Assembly: GCA_013298845.1 (NCBI GenBank)
Contig: JAAFJN010000008.1
Span: 67,823 to 131,822, forward strand
Source of the DNA: Chitinophagales bacterium
GTDB lineage: Bacteria; Bacteroidota; Bacteroidia; Chitinophagales; Saprospiraceae
DNA length: 64,000 nucleotides
Direction: 5' to 3'
Shown here in pieces: positions 1 to 8,917 of this stretch; within the stretch, counting starts at the first letter, position 1, and each line of letters starts with the position of its first letter. The notes below the pieces were generated by a model. The model saw only the letters and a program-made list of their open reading frames with translations, was not told the origin of the DNA and did no database searches. Position numbers and translations under genes: made by a program.

Positions 1-450
1 GAGAGGTCGTATATTGGTGTCATTTGTCCGATAAGAGCCACCAATGTACGACCTCTCCGAGGTCAAAAAAACGGCATAACTGCGGATTCTACCAATATTT
101 GACCTCTGCCGAGGTCATAGATAACAGGAAAGCCAAAATTTCGTACATTTTCACCGCACAAAGCGGTTGAATAGTTACAATTTTTTTTGTATGTAATCTA
201 CTGATTTTTGCTCCAATTCAAATTCACGACGCGGATCGGCAGTTCCCAAAAAATCAAAAATATATGGGGGGCAGAAAGTTTGTCAAGTAAGGTAATATTG
301 CTCCGCCAAGGAATTAGTGCAACGCAGCGTTGCACAATCTCAACATAGGGCCACGCCTCGGCAAACGCTTCTCCAACACCTGTCCCTCACCCCCACCGGG
401 AACTTTCCCCATCCACCCCACGTTTACCACCCCGATTAATTTTTTCCACA

Positions 451-1449
451 ATGAGACAACTGGCATCTATTCAGAAGATCAAACATCTTGAGGCTATCGA
501 AAATGCCGAAGCCATTGAACGGGCTACGGTGTTGGGGTGGCAATTGGTGGTCAAAAAAGGAGAATTTCAGGTCGGGGAAATGTGCGTTTACGTTGAAATT
601 GACGCTATTTTGCCCGATAAACCGGAATTTGAGTTTTTGCGCCCCCGCAATTTCCGTATTCGGACCATCCGTTTGCGCGGACAAATTTCACAGGGTATCT
701 GCTTCCCGCTGTCCATCCTGCCCGAGGGCACGGCCGTTGAAGAAGGCGCCGATGTAACCGATTTGCTCGGTATTACCAAATACGAGCCGCCCATGCCCGC
801 GCAATTGGCCGGTGTGGCCAAAGGTTTGTTCCCGTCTTTTATTCCAAAAACGGACGAAACCCGCGTGCAGGTACTCGAAGGCTTGTTGGAGCAATACGCC
901 GGTACTACTTGTTTCGTCACCGAAAAACTGGACGGCAGCAGCGCGACTTTTTATTGGAAAGACGGCGTTTTTGGGGTGTGCAGCCGCAACCTCGAATTGA
1001 TCGAAAGCGCCGATAATTCTTATTGGGAATTTGCCCGCCAACGTAATTTGCCCGAAAAAATGGCCCAATTGGGCAAGAATATGGCCATTCAGGGGGAAAT
1101 TGTGGGCGAGGGTATCCAAAAAAACAAATACAAATTGCGCGGCGTAACGGTCTTTTTCTTTAATGCTTTTGACATTGATGCATACCGTTACCTCGATTTT
1201 GAAGACTTTTTGGACACTATGGTCACTTTGGAATTGGAAACCGTGCCGGTGTTGGACCAAGAATTTGTGCTTAACCCCGATATTCCGGCTTTGGTCGAAT
1301 ACGCCGTCGGTCGCTCTGTATTCAACACCGATGCCCACCGCGAAGGCGTTGTTATCCGGCCGTTGCGGGAGCAAACGGGCCACAAACTGGGCCGCGTTTC
1401 TTTTAAGGCCATTAACCCGGAGTTTTTGCTCAAATACGAAGACAGTTAG
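451..1449 (+). CDS. ATP-dependent RNA ligase (DRB0094/Rnl-like family, nucleotidyltransferase motif KxDG)
   Basis: 332 aa; motif I lysine-adenylyltransferase signature KLDGSS (TEKLDGSSATFYW); N-terminal extension typical of the DRB0094 family; length about 330 aa. Confidence 0.6.
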   Translation: MRQLASIQKIKHLEAIENAEAIERATVLGWQLVVKKGEFQVGEMCVYVEIDAILPDKPEFEFLRPRNFRIRTIRLRGQISQGICFPLSILPEGTAVEEGADVTDLLGITKYEPPMPAQLAGVAKGLFPSFIPKTDETRVQVLEGLLEQYAGTTCFVTEKLDGSSATFYWKDGVFGVCSRNLELIESADNSYWEFARQRNLPEKMAQLGKNMAIQGEIVGEGIQKNKYKLRGVTVFFFNAFDIDAYRYLDFEDFLDTMVTLELETVPVLDQEFVLNPDIPALVEYAVGRSVFNTDAHREGVVIRPLREQTGHKLGRVSFKAINPEFLLKYEDS

Positions 1450-1533
1450 CCACTGTTCATGCCGCCCCCACGGCTTTTTATAAACAATACCAGCGGTTTG
1501 TCGGTTCTATTCGGCAAACCGCTTTTTTATTGT

Positions 1534-2877
1534 ATGCTCCACCTCTTTTGGTTTCGCCGAGACCTCCGTTTAGAAGATAATGCCGCTTTGTACCACGCCC
1601 TCAAAAGTGGTGCGCCCGTATTACCCTTGTTTATTTTCGACCGCCAAATCCTCGATCGCCTCGAAGATCGCACCGATGCACGGGTGACGTTTATCCACAA
1701 CACCCTCGCCGCGCTCAAAGAACGCCTCGAAACAATGGGCAGTACCCTTATTATCCGTTACGGAACCCCCGAAGAAGTGTGGCCCGAACTACTCCAAACC
1801 TTTCCCGTCGCCAAGGTATTCACCAACCGCGACTACGAGCCTTACGCCCGCGAGCGCGACGAAAAAATCGGGGCGTTGCTGGCCGAACGCGGCGTGGAAT
1901 TGTGCACGTACAAAGACCACGTTATTTTTGAAAAAAACGAGGTCACCAAAGACGACGGCGGTGCTTACACCGTATTTACGCCGTACAGCCGCAAATGGCT
2001 GGCCAAATTAGATACCCGCACCAGCACCATCCCGGATGCCAACGGGGTGCCGCAAAAAGTGTCTTATTACCTGAAATCGTACCCGAATGAACGGTATTTT
2101 GGCCAATTTTACCAAACGGCCCCGCTGCCCGGCATTGCCCTGGAGGACATGAATTTCACACCTTCCCCGCTCGACATTCCTTCGGCGGTGGTGGCACGCA
2201 GCATCGTGATGAATTACGACAAAACCCGCGATTTTCCGGCCATCAACGGCACGACCCGACTGGGTATTCATTTCCGTTTTGGCACTATAAGTATCCGCGA
2301 AAAAGCCCGCCACGCCCTGCACCTGAACGCGACTTACCTGAGCGAACTCATTTGGCGCGATTTTTACAGCCAAATTATGTGGCATTTTCCCCACGTGGCC
2401 ACGCGGTCGTTCCGACCGGCCTACGACGCTATTCCGTGGCGCGATGCACCGGAAGAGTTTGAAAAATGGACCAAAGGCAAAACCGGTTACCCGATTGTAG
2501 ACGCGGGGATGCGCGAACTGGCGGCCACCGGCTACATGCACAACCGCGTGCGCATGATTACGGCCAGTTTTCTCACCAAACACCTCCTGCTCGATTGGCG
2601 GCTGGGAGAGGCTTGGTTTGCCCAAAAACTCCTCGATTTTGACCTGGCCAGCAACTCCGGCGGTTGGCAGTGGGCAGCGGGTTGTGGCACCGATGCCGCG
2701 CCCTATTTCCGCATTTTTAACCCCACGGAGCAAACCAAAAAATTTGATAAAGAGTGGAAATACATCCGCAAATGGGTACCCGAATTTGGTACGCCCATGT
2801 ATCCCAAACCCATTGTGGATCACGCTTTTGCGCGCCAACGATGCCTGGAAACGTATAAAGCCGCATTGGGCGGCTAA
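1534..2877 (+). CDS. deoxyribodipyrimidine photolyase / cryptochrome family protein
   Basis: N-terminal FWFRRDLRLEDNAAL photolyase motif; FAD-binding C-terminal region (GGWQWAAGCGTDAAPYFRIFNP); start moved to in-frame Met (MLHLFWF...). Confidence 0.85.
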   Translation: MLHLFWFRRDLRLEDNAALYHALKSGAPVLPLFIFDRQILDRLEDRTDARVTFIHNTLAALKERLETMGSTLIIRYGTPEEVWPELLQTFPVAKVFTNRDYEPYARERDEKIGALLAERGVELCTYKDHVIFEKNEVTKDDGGAYTVFTPYSRKWLAKLDTRTSTIPDANGVPQKVSYYLKSYPNERYFGQFYQTAPLPGIALEDMNFTPSPLDIPSAVVARSIVMNYDKTRDFPAINGTTRLGIHFRFGTISIREKARHALHLNATYLSELIWRDFYSQIMWHFPHVATRSFRPAYDAIPWRDAPEEFEKWTKGKTGYPIVDAGMRELAATGYMHNRVRMITASFLTKHLLLDWRLGEAWFAQKLLDFDLASNSGGWQWAAGCGTDAAPYFRIFNPTEQTKKFDKEWKYIRKWVPEFGTPMYPKPIVDHAFARQRCLETYKAALGG

Positions 2878-2929
2878 GCAGCGCCAGGTCATCTTTTGTA
2901 AGTAAGATGATTTGGGCAAATATTTTTTA

Positions 2930-3222
2930 ATTTTGAACACCGAACAGGGAGTTTTGAACATCGAACACCGAACGCCGAACATCGAAGTATTTGCTGATGA
3001 AACAGCCTCATCACGCTCAGACACCAGCACCAATAGTATAAAAATCGTTGTTAAACGCGGGATAGTATACCGCATCATGCGCTACGGCCTATTTTAGCCT
3101 TATTCAATTCAACATTATTTCGGCGTTCGGTGTTCGATATTCAAAAATTCGCTGTTCGATGTTCGCTGTTCGATGTTCAAAAGTTCGATGTTCAAAAATT
3201 CGCTGTTCAACATCCAAATACC
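2930..3222. repeat. inverted-repeat block with tandem GTTCGATGTTC-type 7-11-mers (arms about 2935-2990 and 3118-3222) between convergent genes
   Basis: Left arm GAACATCGAACACCGAACGCCGAAC is the reverse complement of right arm CGGCGTTCGGTGTTCGATATTC; right arm continues as tandem GTTCGATGTTC / GTTCGCTGTTC units. Confidence 0.6.
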
Positions 3223-3224
3223 AC

Positions 3225-4175
3225 TCAAATTTTTTCAACAACCTGCCAAACATTCAAAACCCCTTGTTTCCGCGCCTTTTTTTTATCCACGTGCGCCCAA
3301 CCACGCACACTGAGGGCCGTTGCCCACGCATCGGCAGTGACAGCGTTGGTAGCCTGCACGGTGACTAAGTAGTTGTGCGTCATGCCCCAACCGGTTTGGG
3401 GGTTAACAATGTGCGAATACCGCACGCCATTGGCTTCCAAATAACGAAAACTCGCCCCGGAGGTGGTAATGCCGCAATTGGCCAGCCAAATATTATTGTA
3501 CGTTGTAACGCCGTTGGGGTCGCGTTGGGGGATTTGAATGGCCCATCCGGCGGAACCAGGCGGCGCGTCACCGAGGGCAATATCGCCACCCGCGTCCACG
3601 AGCGCGCAGGAAATACCGTTTTGGCGCAACAACGCAAGGCATTGATCGGCGGCGTAGCCTTGGGCAATACCCCCCAAATCGAGGCGAGTACCCGGTTGCG
3701 CAAGGCGTATCCGGTGGCGGCGGTACAGTTGCAGGTGCCGATAACCAACGGTGGCGAGGGCTTTTTGCACTTGCGCCGAATCGGGCGGTTGTTTCAGGTG
3801 GCGGGCTTTGCGCCACAGGCGGGTAAGTGCCCCCACGGTCACGTCAAATGACCCGTCGGAGGCACTTGAATACCCTTTGGCGAGGCTGAGAATTTCGTAT
3901 AATTCGGGGTGCACCCGGTTTTTTTGGCCATTTCCGGCCTGGTCGCTGAGTTGGCTCAGGTCACTGTCGGGGATATAATCCGAAAAAATCTGGTTGAGGG
4001 TATCCACGTAGGCGAAGGTGCGCTGCGCCAACGCGGCCACCGTGGCACTGTCTTTTTGGGTAAACAACACGATCCGAAATTCGGTGCCCATTTGTTTATG
4101 GGCAAATGCGTACCGTTGTTGCGCCGAAGCGGACATTTGCCAAAAAAACAACAAAAAAAGCAACGAAATACGCAT
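3225..4175 (-). CDS. apbE: FAD:protein FMN transferase (ApbE family lipoprotein)
   Basis: Signal peptide; ApbE motifs DLGGIAQGYAAD and SHIVNPQTGW. Confidence 0.8.
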   Translation of the reverse strand: MRISLLFLLFFWQMSASAQQRYAFAHKQMGTEFRIVLFTQKDSATVAALAQRTFAYVDTLNQIFSDYIPDSDLSQLSDQAGNGQKNRVHPELYEILSLAKGYSSASDGSFDVTVGALTRLWRKARHLKQPPDSAQVQKALATVGYRHLQLYRRHRIRLAQPGTRLDLGGIAQGYAADQCLALLRQNGISCALVDAGGDIALGDAPPGSAGWAIQIPQRDPNGVTTYNNIWLANCGITTSGASFRYLEANGVRYSHIVNPQTGWGMTHNYLVTVQATNAVTADAWATALSVRGWAHVDKKKARKQGVLNVWQVVEKI

Positions 4176-4186
4176 AAAAACTACCG

Positions 4187-5434
4187 TTAAACGCCCAACA
4201 CCTTACCCGTCACTTCCCCAAAACCCACGCGAATACCGTCTTTTTCGGCGTGTCCGCGCATGGTCACCGTATCGAGGTCGCGGATAAATACCCGCTCGGT
4301 GCCATCGGACATGGGTAGGGGTTTGGTGCCTTGCCAGGCCAGTTCGAGCATGGAACCAAAGGAATCTTCGGTGGAGCCGCTAATCGTCCCCGACGCCATC
4401 AGGTCACCTACGCGCACATTGCAGCCATTGACCGTGTGGTGCGCCAGTTGTTGGGGCATATTCCAGTACATGTATTTAAAATTGGAACGGCAAACCACGG
4501 TTTCGGTGCTGTTTTCGGGTGTAATGGACACTTCGAGGGCAATATCGTAGTTGGCCGGACGGTCGCATTGCAGGTAGGGCAGCGGTTGCGGCTCCTGCGT
4601 GGGGCCGGGTACCCGAAACGGTTCGAGCGCATCGAGGGTGACGACCCAGGGCGACACGGACGAACCGAAGTTTTTGCCCAAAAACGGCCCCAACGGCACG
4701 TATTCCCAAGCCTGAATGTCGCGGGCCGACCAGTCGTTGAACAACACCATACCAAAAATATACTCCTCGGCATCGGCGGTAGCGATGGTAGCGCCCATTG
4801 GGGTATCTTTCCCGATGATAAAGGCCATTTCCAATTCAAAATCGAGGCGGGCACTGGCTTGGAACACGGGTACTTCGGCGCCTTTGGGCAATACCTGTCC
4901 GTGCGGGCGACGAATGGGCGTGCCACTCACCACAATGGAAGAGGCGCGGCCGTGGTACCCCACGGGCAGGTGCCGCCAATTGGGCAGCAGGGCGTTGGCC
5001 GGGTCGCGGAACATTTTGCCCACGTTGGTGGCGTGTTCGATGCTGGAGTAAAAATCGGTGTAATCGCCAATTTCCACCGGCAAGTACATGGTCGCCTCGG
5101 ATTGGGCCACAAAAAAGCGACCATCCATCACACTTTTGAGTGGACTTTCGGGGTCGCACAGCAGTTCCTGCACTTTTAGGCGAACGGCGCTGGTGGTCTT
5201 TTTGCCCAAACGAATAAACGCGTTGAGGGTATTTTGTTCAAAAACCGACGCGGGCGCGATATTATCCCAAAGGCCGCTTTGGGCCAGATCGGCCAGGTCT
5301 ATAATGTGTTCGCCAATGGCAATACCCACGCGGGGGGTACGATCGGGCGTAGAAAAAATGCCAAAAGGCAGGTTATAAATGGAAAAATCGGAGTGTTCGG
5401 GGATGGGAAACCAGGTGGTGTGGTGTGGTGTCAT
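4187..5434 (-). CDS. fahA: fumarylacetoacetase (tyrosine catabolism)
   Basis: About 416 aa; N-terminal FAH domain (FSIYNLPFGIF...GVAIGEHIIDL) and C-terminal FAH fold; ATG at 5434 verified in frame; TTG-extended ORF upstream ignored. Confidence 0.85.
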   Translation of the reverse strand: MTPHHTTWFPIPEHSDFSIYNLPFGIFSTPDRTPRVGIAIGEHIIDLADLAQSGLWDNIAPASVFEQNTLNAFIRLGKKTTSAVRLKVQELLCDPESPLKSVMDGRFFVAQSEATMYLPVEIGDYTDFYSSIEHATNVGKMFRDPANALLPNWRHLPVGYHGRASSIVVSGTPIRRPHGQVLPKGAEVPVFQASARLDFELEMAFIIGKDTPMGATIATADAEEYIFGMVLFNDWSARDIQAWEYVPLGPFLGKNFGSSVSPWVVTLDALEPFRVPGPTQEPQPLPYLQCDRPANYDIALEVSITPENSTETVVCRSNFKYMYWNMPQQLAHHTVNGCNVRVGDLMASGTISGSTEDSFGSMLELAWQGTKPLPMSDGTERVFIRDLDTVTMRGHAEKDGIRVGFGEVTGKVLGV

Positions 5435-5451
5435 GGTAAGGGTGCGGATGG

Positions 5452-5823
5452 TTACTGCGTCCGGGCAAAAAAGAGAACCTGCTCTTTGCCCTGGTGAGAC
5501 ATTTTTATTTTGAGTGAATCGTTGCTTTGGTACAACACTTTGAGCATTTTTTCGGCGACGGTGGCGGCGGTGGTATCCGTGAGGATGAGGTATTTGCCCG
5601 AACAACGCCATTTTCCACCTTCGGAATATTGGCCGATGGTTTGGAAAACATAGCGGTGGTTGGCCTCAAAAACAAGTTTTACGTCGCCCAGCGGAACGGC
5701 TACCGATTGTTGGTTTTCGTAGAATTGCGTGGCCTGCCATTTGCCCACCAAAGTATCGTGGTCCACGCGGCAAGCGGCAAACAACAAAATTATAATGGCT
5801 GATGTGTAAAATATTTGCTTCAT
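5452..5823 (-). CDS. hypothetical lipocalin-like secreted protein
   Basis: 123 aa, signal peptide with Cys (FAACRVDHD), small beta-rich sequence; same strand and tightly spaced with fahA and apbE (likely operon). Confidence 0.45.
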   Translation of the reverse strand: MKQIFYTSAIIILLFAACRVDHDTLVGKWQATQFYENQQSVAVPLGDVKLVFEANHRYVFQTIGQYSEGGKWRCSGKYLILTDTTAATVAEKMLKVLYQSNDSLKIKMSHQGKEQVLFFARTQ

Positions 5824-5988
5824 TTCTTTGTTAATACAAGCCGTTTATTCGGCAACTAAGCCCGCAAAAGTACCTCTTGTTCACTTATTTCTTTCACTAA
5901 TTACCATTAAGCAGTCCAATTTGTATATTTTACAACTTTTTAATCCACAAATTGACGTTTATTTGTCCGTTAATATAAACGCTGGGAG

Positions 5989-7188
5989 ATGAACATCTAC
6001 CGAAAAAAGACATACTGGAAATGGTACCTCGCACTTGCTGCCTTCGTTATTGTGGGTATCACGTTGTGGTACACCACTGCTTTGGCCGAACGACTTGCCG
6101 AACGTGAAAATCAGCAAGCCGAACAGTTTGCCGAAGCCCTGCGCAATATTGTGAAAAGCAATCTTGATCCCCAACAGGAAAACTGCGAATGCGACGTGGA
6201 GTTGCACCGACTCGTGATTACCCAAAACACCACGGTGCCCGCCATTTTGCTCGACGAAGGCTGGAATATTCAGGAATACCGCAACATTGGCGATAACAAT
6301 ATCACCGAAATGGACACCTCCGAGGTGCGCAAAGCCCTCAATAAAATGGTGGCTTCGTGGGCCGATACCATCGAGGTGTCGGTACCGCCGTATTACCGCG
6401 CTTACCTGGTGTATTCGCACTCGAACCTGCTGGTATGGCTCAAACTGTATCCTTTTGTGCAGTTGTTCCTCATTGCGGCGTTTATCACCCTCGGTTACAT
6501 GGGTTTTAATGCCTCGCGCCGCGCCCAGGAAAATCAGGTGTGGCTGGGTATGGCCAAAGAAACGGCGCACCAGTTGGGTACGCCCATTACGGCCATTATG
6601 GGTTGGGTAGAAACCTTGCGCGCCGTGCACGAATCGGACCCCACGACCTACGAAATGCTGGATGAAATGAGTTACGATATCCGGCGGCTCGAACTGGTGT
6701 CGGACCGTTTTTCCAAAATTGGCGCACAACCCGAACTGGCCCCCGAAAACGTGTACGCCGCCCTCGAACGCAACCGCAATTACATGCAAAAGCGCACCCC
6801 GCGCAAAATAAAATACGATTTCCCCGACCCCGATACCCAACCGCCGCTGATGGCGCTGATCAATACCCATTTGTTCGATTGGGTCATCGAAAACCTAATC
6901 CGCAACGCCATTGACGCCATGGAAACCGGAGAAGGCCAAATAACGGGCCGCATTTATACCGAAGGCCGCATGATTTGTATGGATATTTCCGACACCGGAA
7001 AAGGTATTCCATCCGGCAAACACAAAACCATTTTTAAACCCGGCTATTCCACCAAAACAAGGGGCTGGGGATTGGGCCTTTCGCTTTCCAAACGCATTAT
7101 TGACGAGTACCACGGCGGCAAAATATTTGTCAAAAAATCCGAACCCGGCAAAGGCACTACCTTTACCGTCAAATTACGACAACCATAA
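5989..7188 (+). CDS. sensor histidine kinase
   Basis: Two TM segments, H-box HQLGTPITAIMGWVETL, HATPase_c G-boxes (DTGKGIP, GWGLGLS, GKGTTFTVKL). Confidence 0.8.
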   Translation: MNIYRKKTYWKWYLALAAFVIVGITLWYTTALAERLAERENQQAEQFAEALRNIVKSNLDPQQENCECDVELHRLVITQNTTVPAILLDEGWNIQEYRNIGDNNITEMDTSEVRKALNKMVASWADTIEVSVPPYYRAYLVYSHSNLLVWLKLYPFVQLFLIAAFITLGYMGFNASRRAQENQVWLGMAKETAHQLGTPITAIMGWVETLRAVHESDPTTYEMLDEMSYDIRRLELVSDRFSKIGAQPELAPENVYAALERNRNYMQKRTPRKIKYDFPDPDTQPPLMALINTHLFDWVIENLIRNAIDAMETGEGQITGRIYTEGRMICMDISDTGKGIPSGKHKTIFKPGYSTKTRGWGLGLSLSKRIIDEYHGGKIFVKKSEPGKGTTFTVKLRQP

Positions 7189-7196
7189 CTCAATTT

Positions 7197-8675
7197 ATGA
7201 AGGTATTTCTATCTGTTTTTCTGCTTTTCTGTTGCCTTGCTCCCAACACCGCCCAAACCACCGTAGAAGGTTACGTGTACGAACAAAACAACCGGGGCTT
7301 TCTCAGCGATGTGACGGTTAGCATTTACCAATTGCCCGAAAACTACGTGCGCGGCGACGTGAACACCGATGCCGACGGCCATTTTGTGACCAAACTCGCC
7401 CCCGGACAATACCGAATGGTGAGCAAACGGGCGCTTTTTTACCCAAAAACCGACACCATTACCGTCGGTACCGAAAAAACATTTGCCAAAATTGAAATGA
7501 AACGAAAACCGGGCTACATGTTCGATGCGACCATCGCCGAAGCCCGTACCGACCCCGCGCAGGTCGTGGATGCCGTCACCGGTACCCGCGTCGAGATATT
7601 TAACCGCACCACCAAACACCCCGAACTGGTGCTGCTCGATCACCCCAACGCTTTTTTCCAATTTACCTTTGAACAGGGCAACCACTACACCATTATGATC
7701 CGCAAACCGGGTTTTATCGCCAAACGAATCGAGGCGCGGGTAAACGTGGAAAATTGCATTATTTGCGTGGACGGCGTGCGCGAGGTAAACCCCGGCGTGA
7801 CCGAAGTGCTTACGGCTAACAATACGATGGGCACTCTGTTGAGTAATATCGAACTGGACCGGATAAAATTGGACAAACGCATCGCCATCCGCAATATTTA
7901 TTACGATTTTGACAAATGGGACATTCGCCCCGATGCGGCCAAACAATTGGACAAAGTGGTGACCCTCATGAACGATAACCCCGGTATGAGCGTCGAATTA
8001 GGCTCGCACACCGACGCCCGCGGGCGCGATACCTACAACGATACCCTTTCGCAACGCCGCGCCGAAGCCGCCGTGGAATACATTATTTCGCAGGGTATTA
8101 TGCGGGAGCGCATTACCGCCAAAGGATACGGCGAAACCCAATTGACCAACCGTTGCGCCAACGGGGCCACGTGTTCGGAAGAAGAACACCAACTCAACCG
8201 CCGCACCGAGTTGCGCATTACAGCCATTGCCAACGAAGCGCTGGAAGTGGCGCAGTGGAAATCGCTGGAAGATATTATCCGCGCCGAAGAATTTGAGGCC
8301 GAACTTAAAAAATTGGGCGAAGTTACCGAAGTAAAAATCGGGGCCGATGGCCGTCCCGTGGCCAATACCACCACCGCGTTACCGGCTTTTCAGGGCGGAA
8401 CGGGCTTGGGCTGGAAACCGGTCCCGGCGGGTTTTACCGGTTACGCCATTGAGTTTTTAAATTCCGATTCCAAAGAAATACTGGACCCGGCCACCAATAC
8501 CTTCGACGACCTGTCGCAACCCGTTACTTACCAAAAAGACAAAGCGGGCAAGTACCATTATTTCCTCGGCGCGTTTAAAACCAAGGAACTGGCGACGCAG
8601 TTTTTGACCGAAAAAGCGGTAAAAGCGTACCCGTCGGCTAAAGTTGTGGGGTTTAAGAAGGGGAGGATGGAGTGA
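7197..8675 (+). CDS. OmpA family protein (N-terminal carboxypeptidase-regulatory-like domain, OmpA peptidoglycan-binding domain, C-terminal SPOR-like domain)
   Basis: OmpA motif NIYYDFDKWDIRPDA...LGSHTDARG...NDTLSQRRAEAAVEYI; C-terminal HYFLGAFKTKELATQFL resembles a SPOR domain. Confidence 0.7.
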   Translation: MKVFLSVFLLFCCLAPNTAQTTVEGYVYEQNNRGFLSDVTVSIYQLPENYVRGDVNTDADGHFVTKLAPGQYRMVSKRALFYPKTDTITVGTEKTFAKIEMKRKPGYMFDATIAEARTDPAQVVDAVTGTRVEIFNRTTKHPELVLLDHPNAFFQFTFEQGNHYTIMIRKPGFIAKRIEARVNVENCIICVDGVREVNPGVTEVLTANNTMGTLLSNIELDRIKLDKRIAIRNIYYDFDKWDIRPDAAKQLDKVVTLMNDNPGMSVELGSHTDARGRDTYNDTLSQRRAEAAVEYIISQGIMRERITAKGYGETQLTNRCANGATCSEEEHQLNRRTELRITAIANEALEVAQWKSLEDIIRAEEFEAELKKLGEVTEVKIGADGRPVANTTTALPAFQGGTGLGWKPVPAGFTGYAIEFLNSDSKEILDPATNTFDDLSQPVTYQKDKAGKYHYFLGAFKTKELATQFLTEKAVKAYPSAKVVGFKKGRME

Positions 8676-8800
8676 TGAGTGATGAGAGATGAGAGATTGG
8701 ACATGCCCGAAAAGCATTGACAAGTTAGCGCGCTTAGCGGGGCATGGTCGGCCCTGCGACGATAGGCGTATTCTACTCCGCTTGCACAAAGTCTTTTGCT

Positions 8801-8823
8801 AAAAAACGTATGCTCGCGAGCAT
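8801..8823 (-). terminator. putative rho-independent terminator downstream of the STAND gene
   Basis: Perfect palindrome ATGCTCGCGAGCAT (8810-8823) followed on the minus strand by ACGTTTTTT. Confidence 0.45.
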
Positions 8824-8917
8824 CTTTGATGCGATGTATAGCAGACGCTCACGAGCACGCGTTTTTTTTACTGAACACTTCGTGCCAGCGGGTTTGTACT
8901 TAACGGTTGGCTTGCTG

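Noticed and set aside
3130-3372. ORFs 3130-3372 and 3159-3368 (+), and 2912-3097 (+)
   Set aside because: Their translations are the tandem DNA repeat read in frame (FDVQKF…). They overlap the repeat block and the ApbE 3' end, and are most likely not genes.
8838-8870. Plus-strand T8 run as a terminator for the OmpA gene
   Set aside because: No convincing GC-rich hairpin precedes the T-run, only a short ACGCGT palindrome. Left uncalled.
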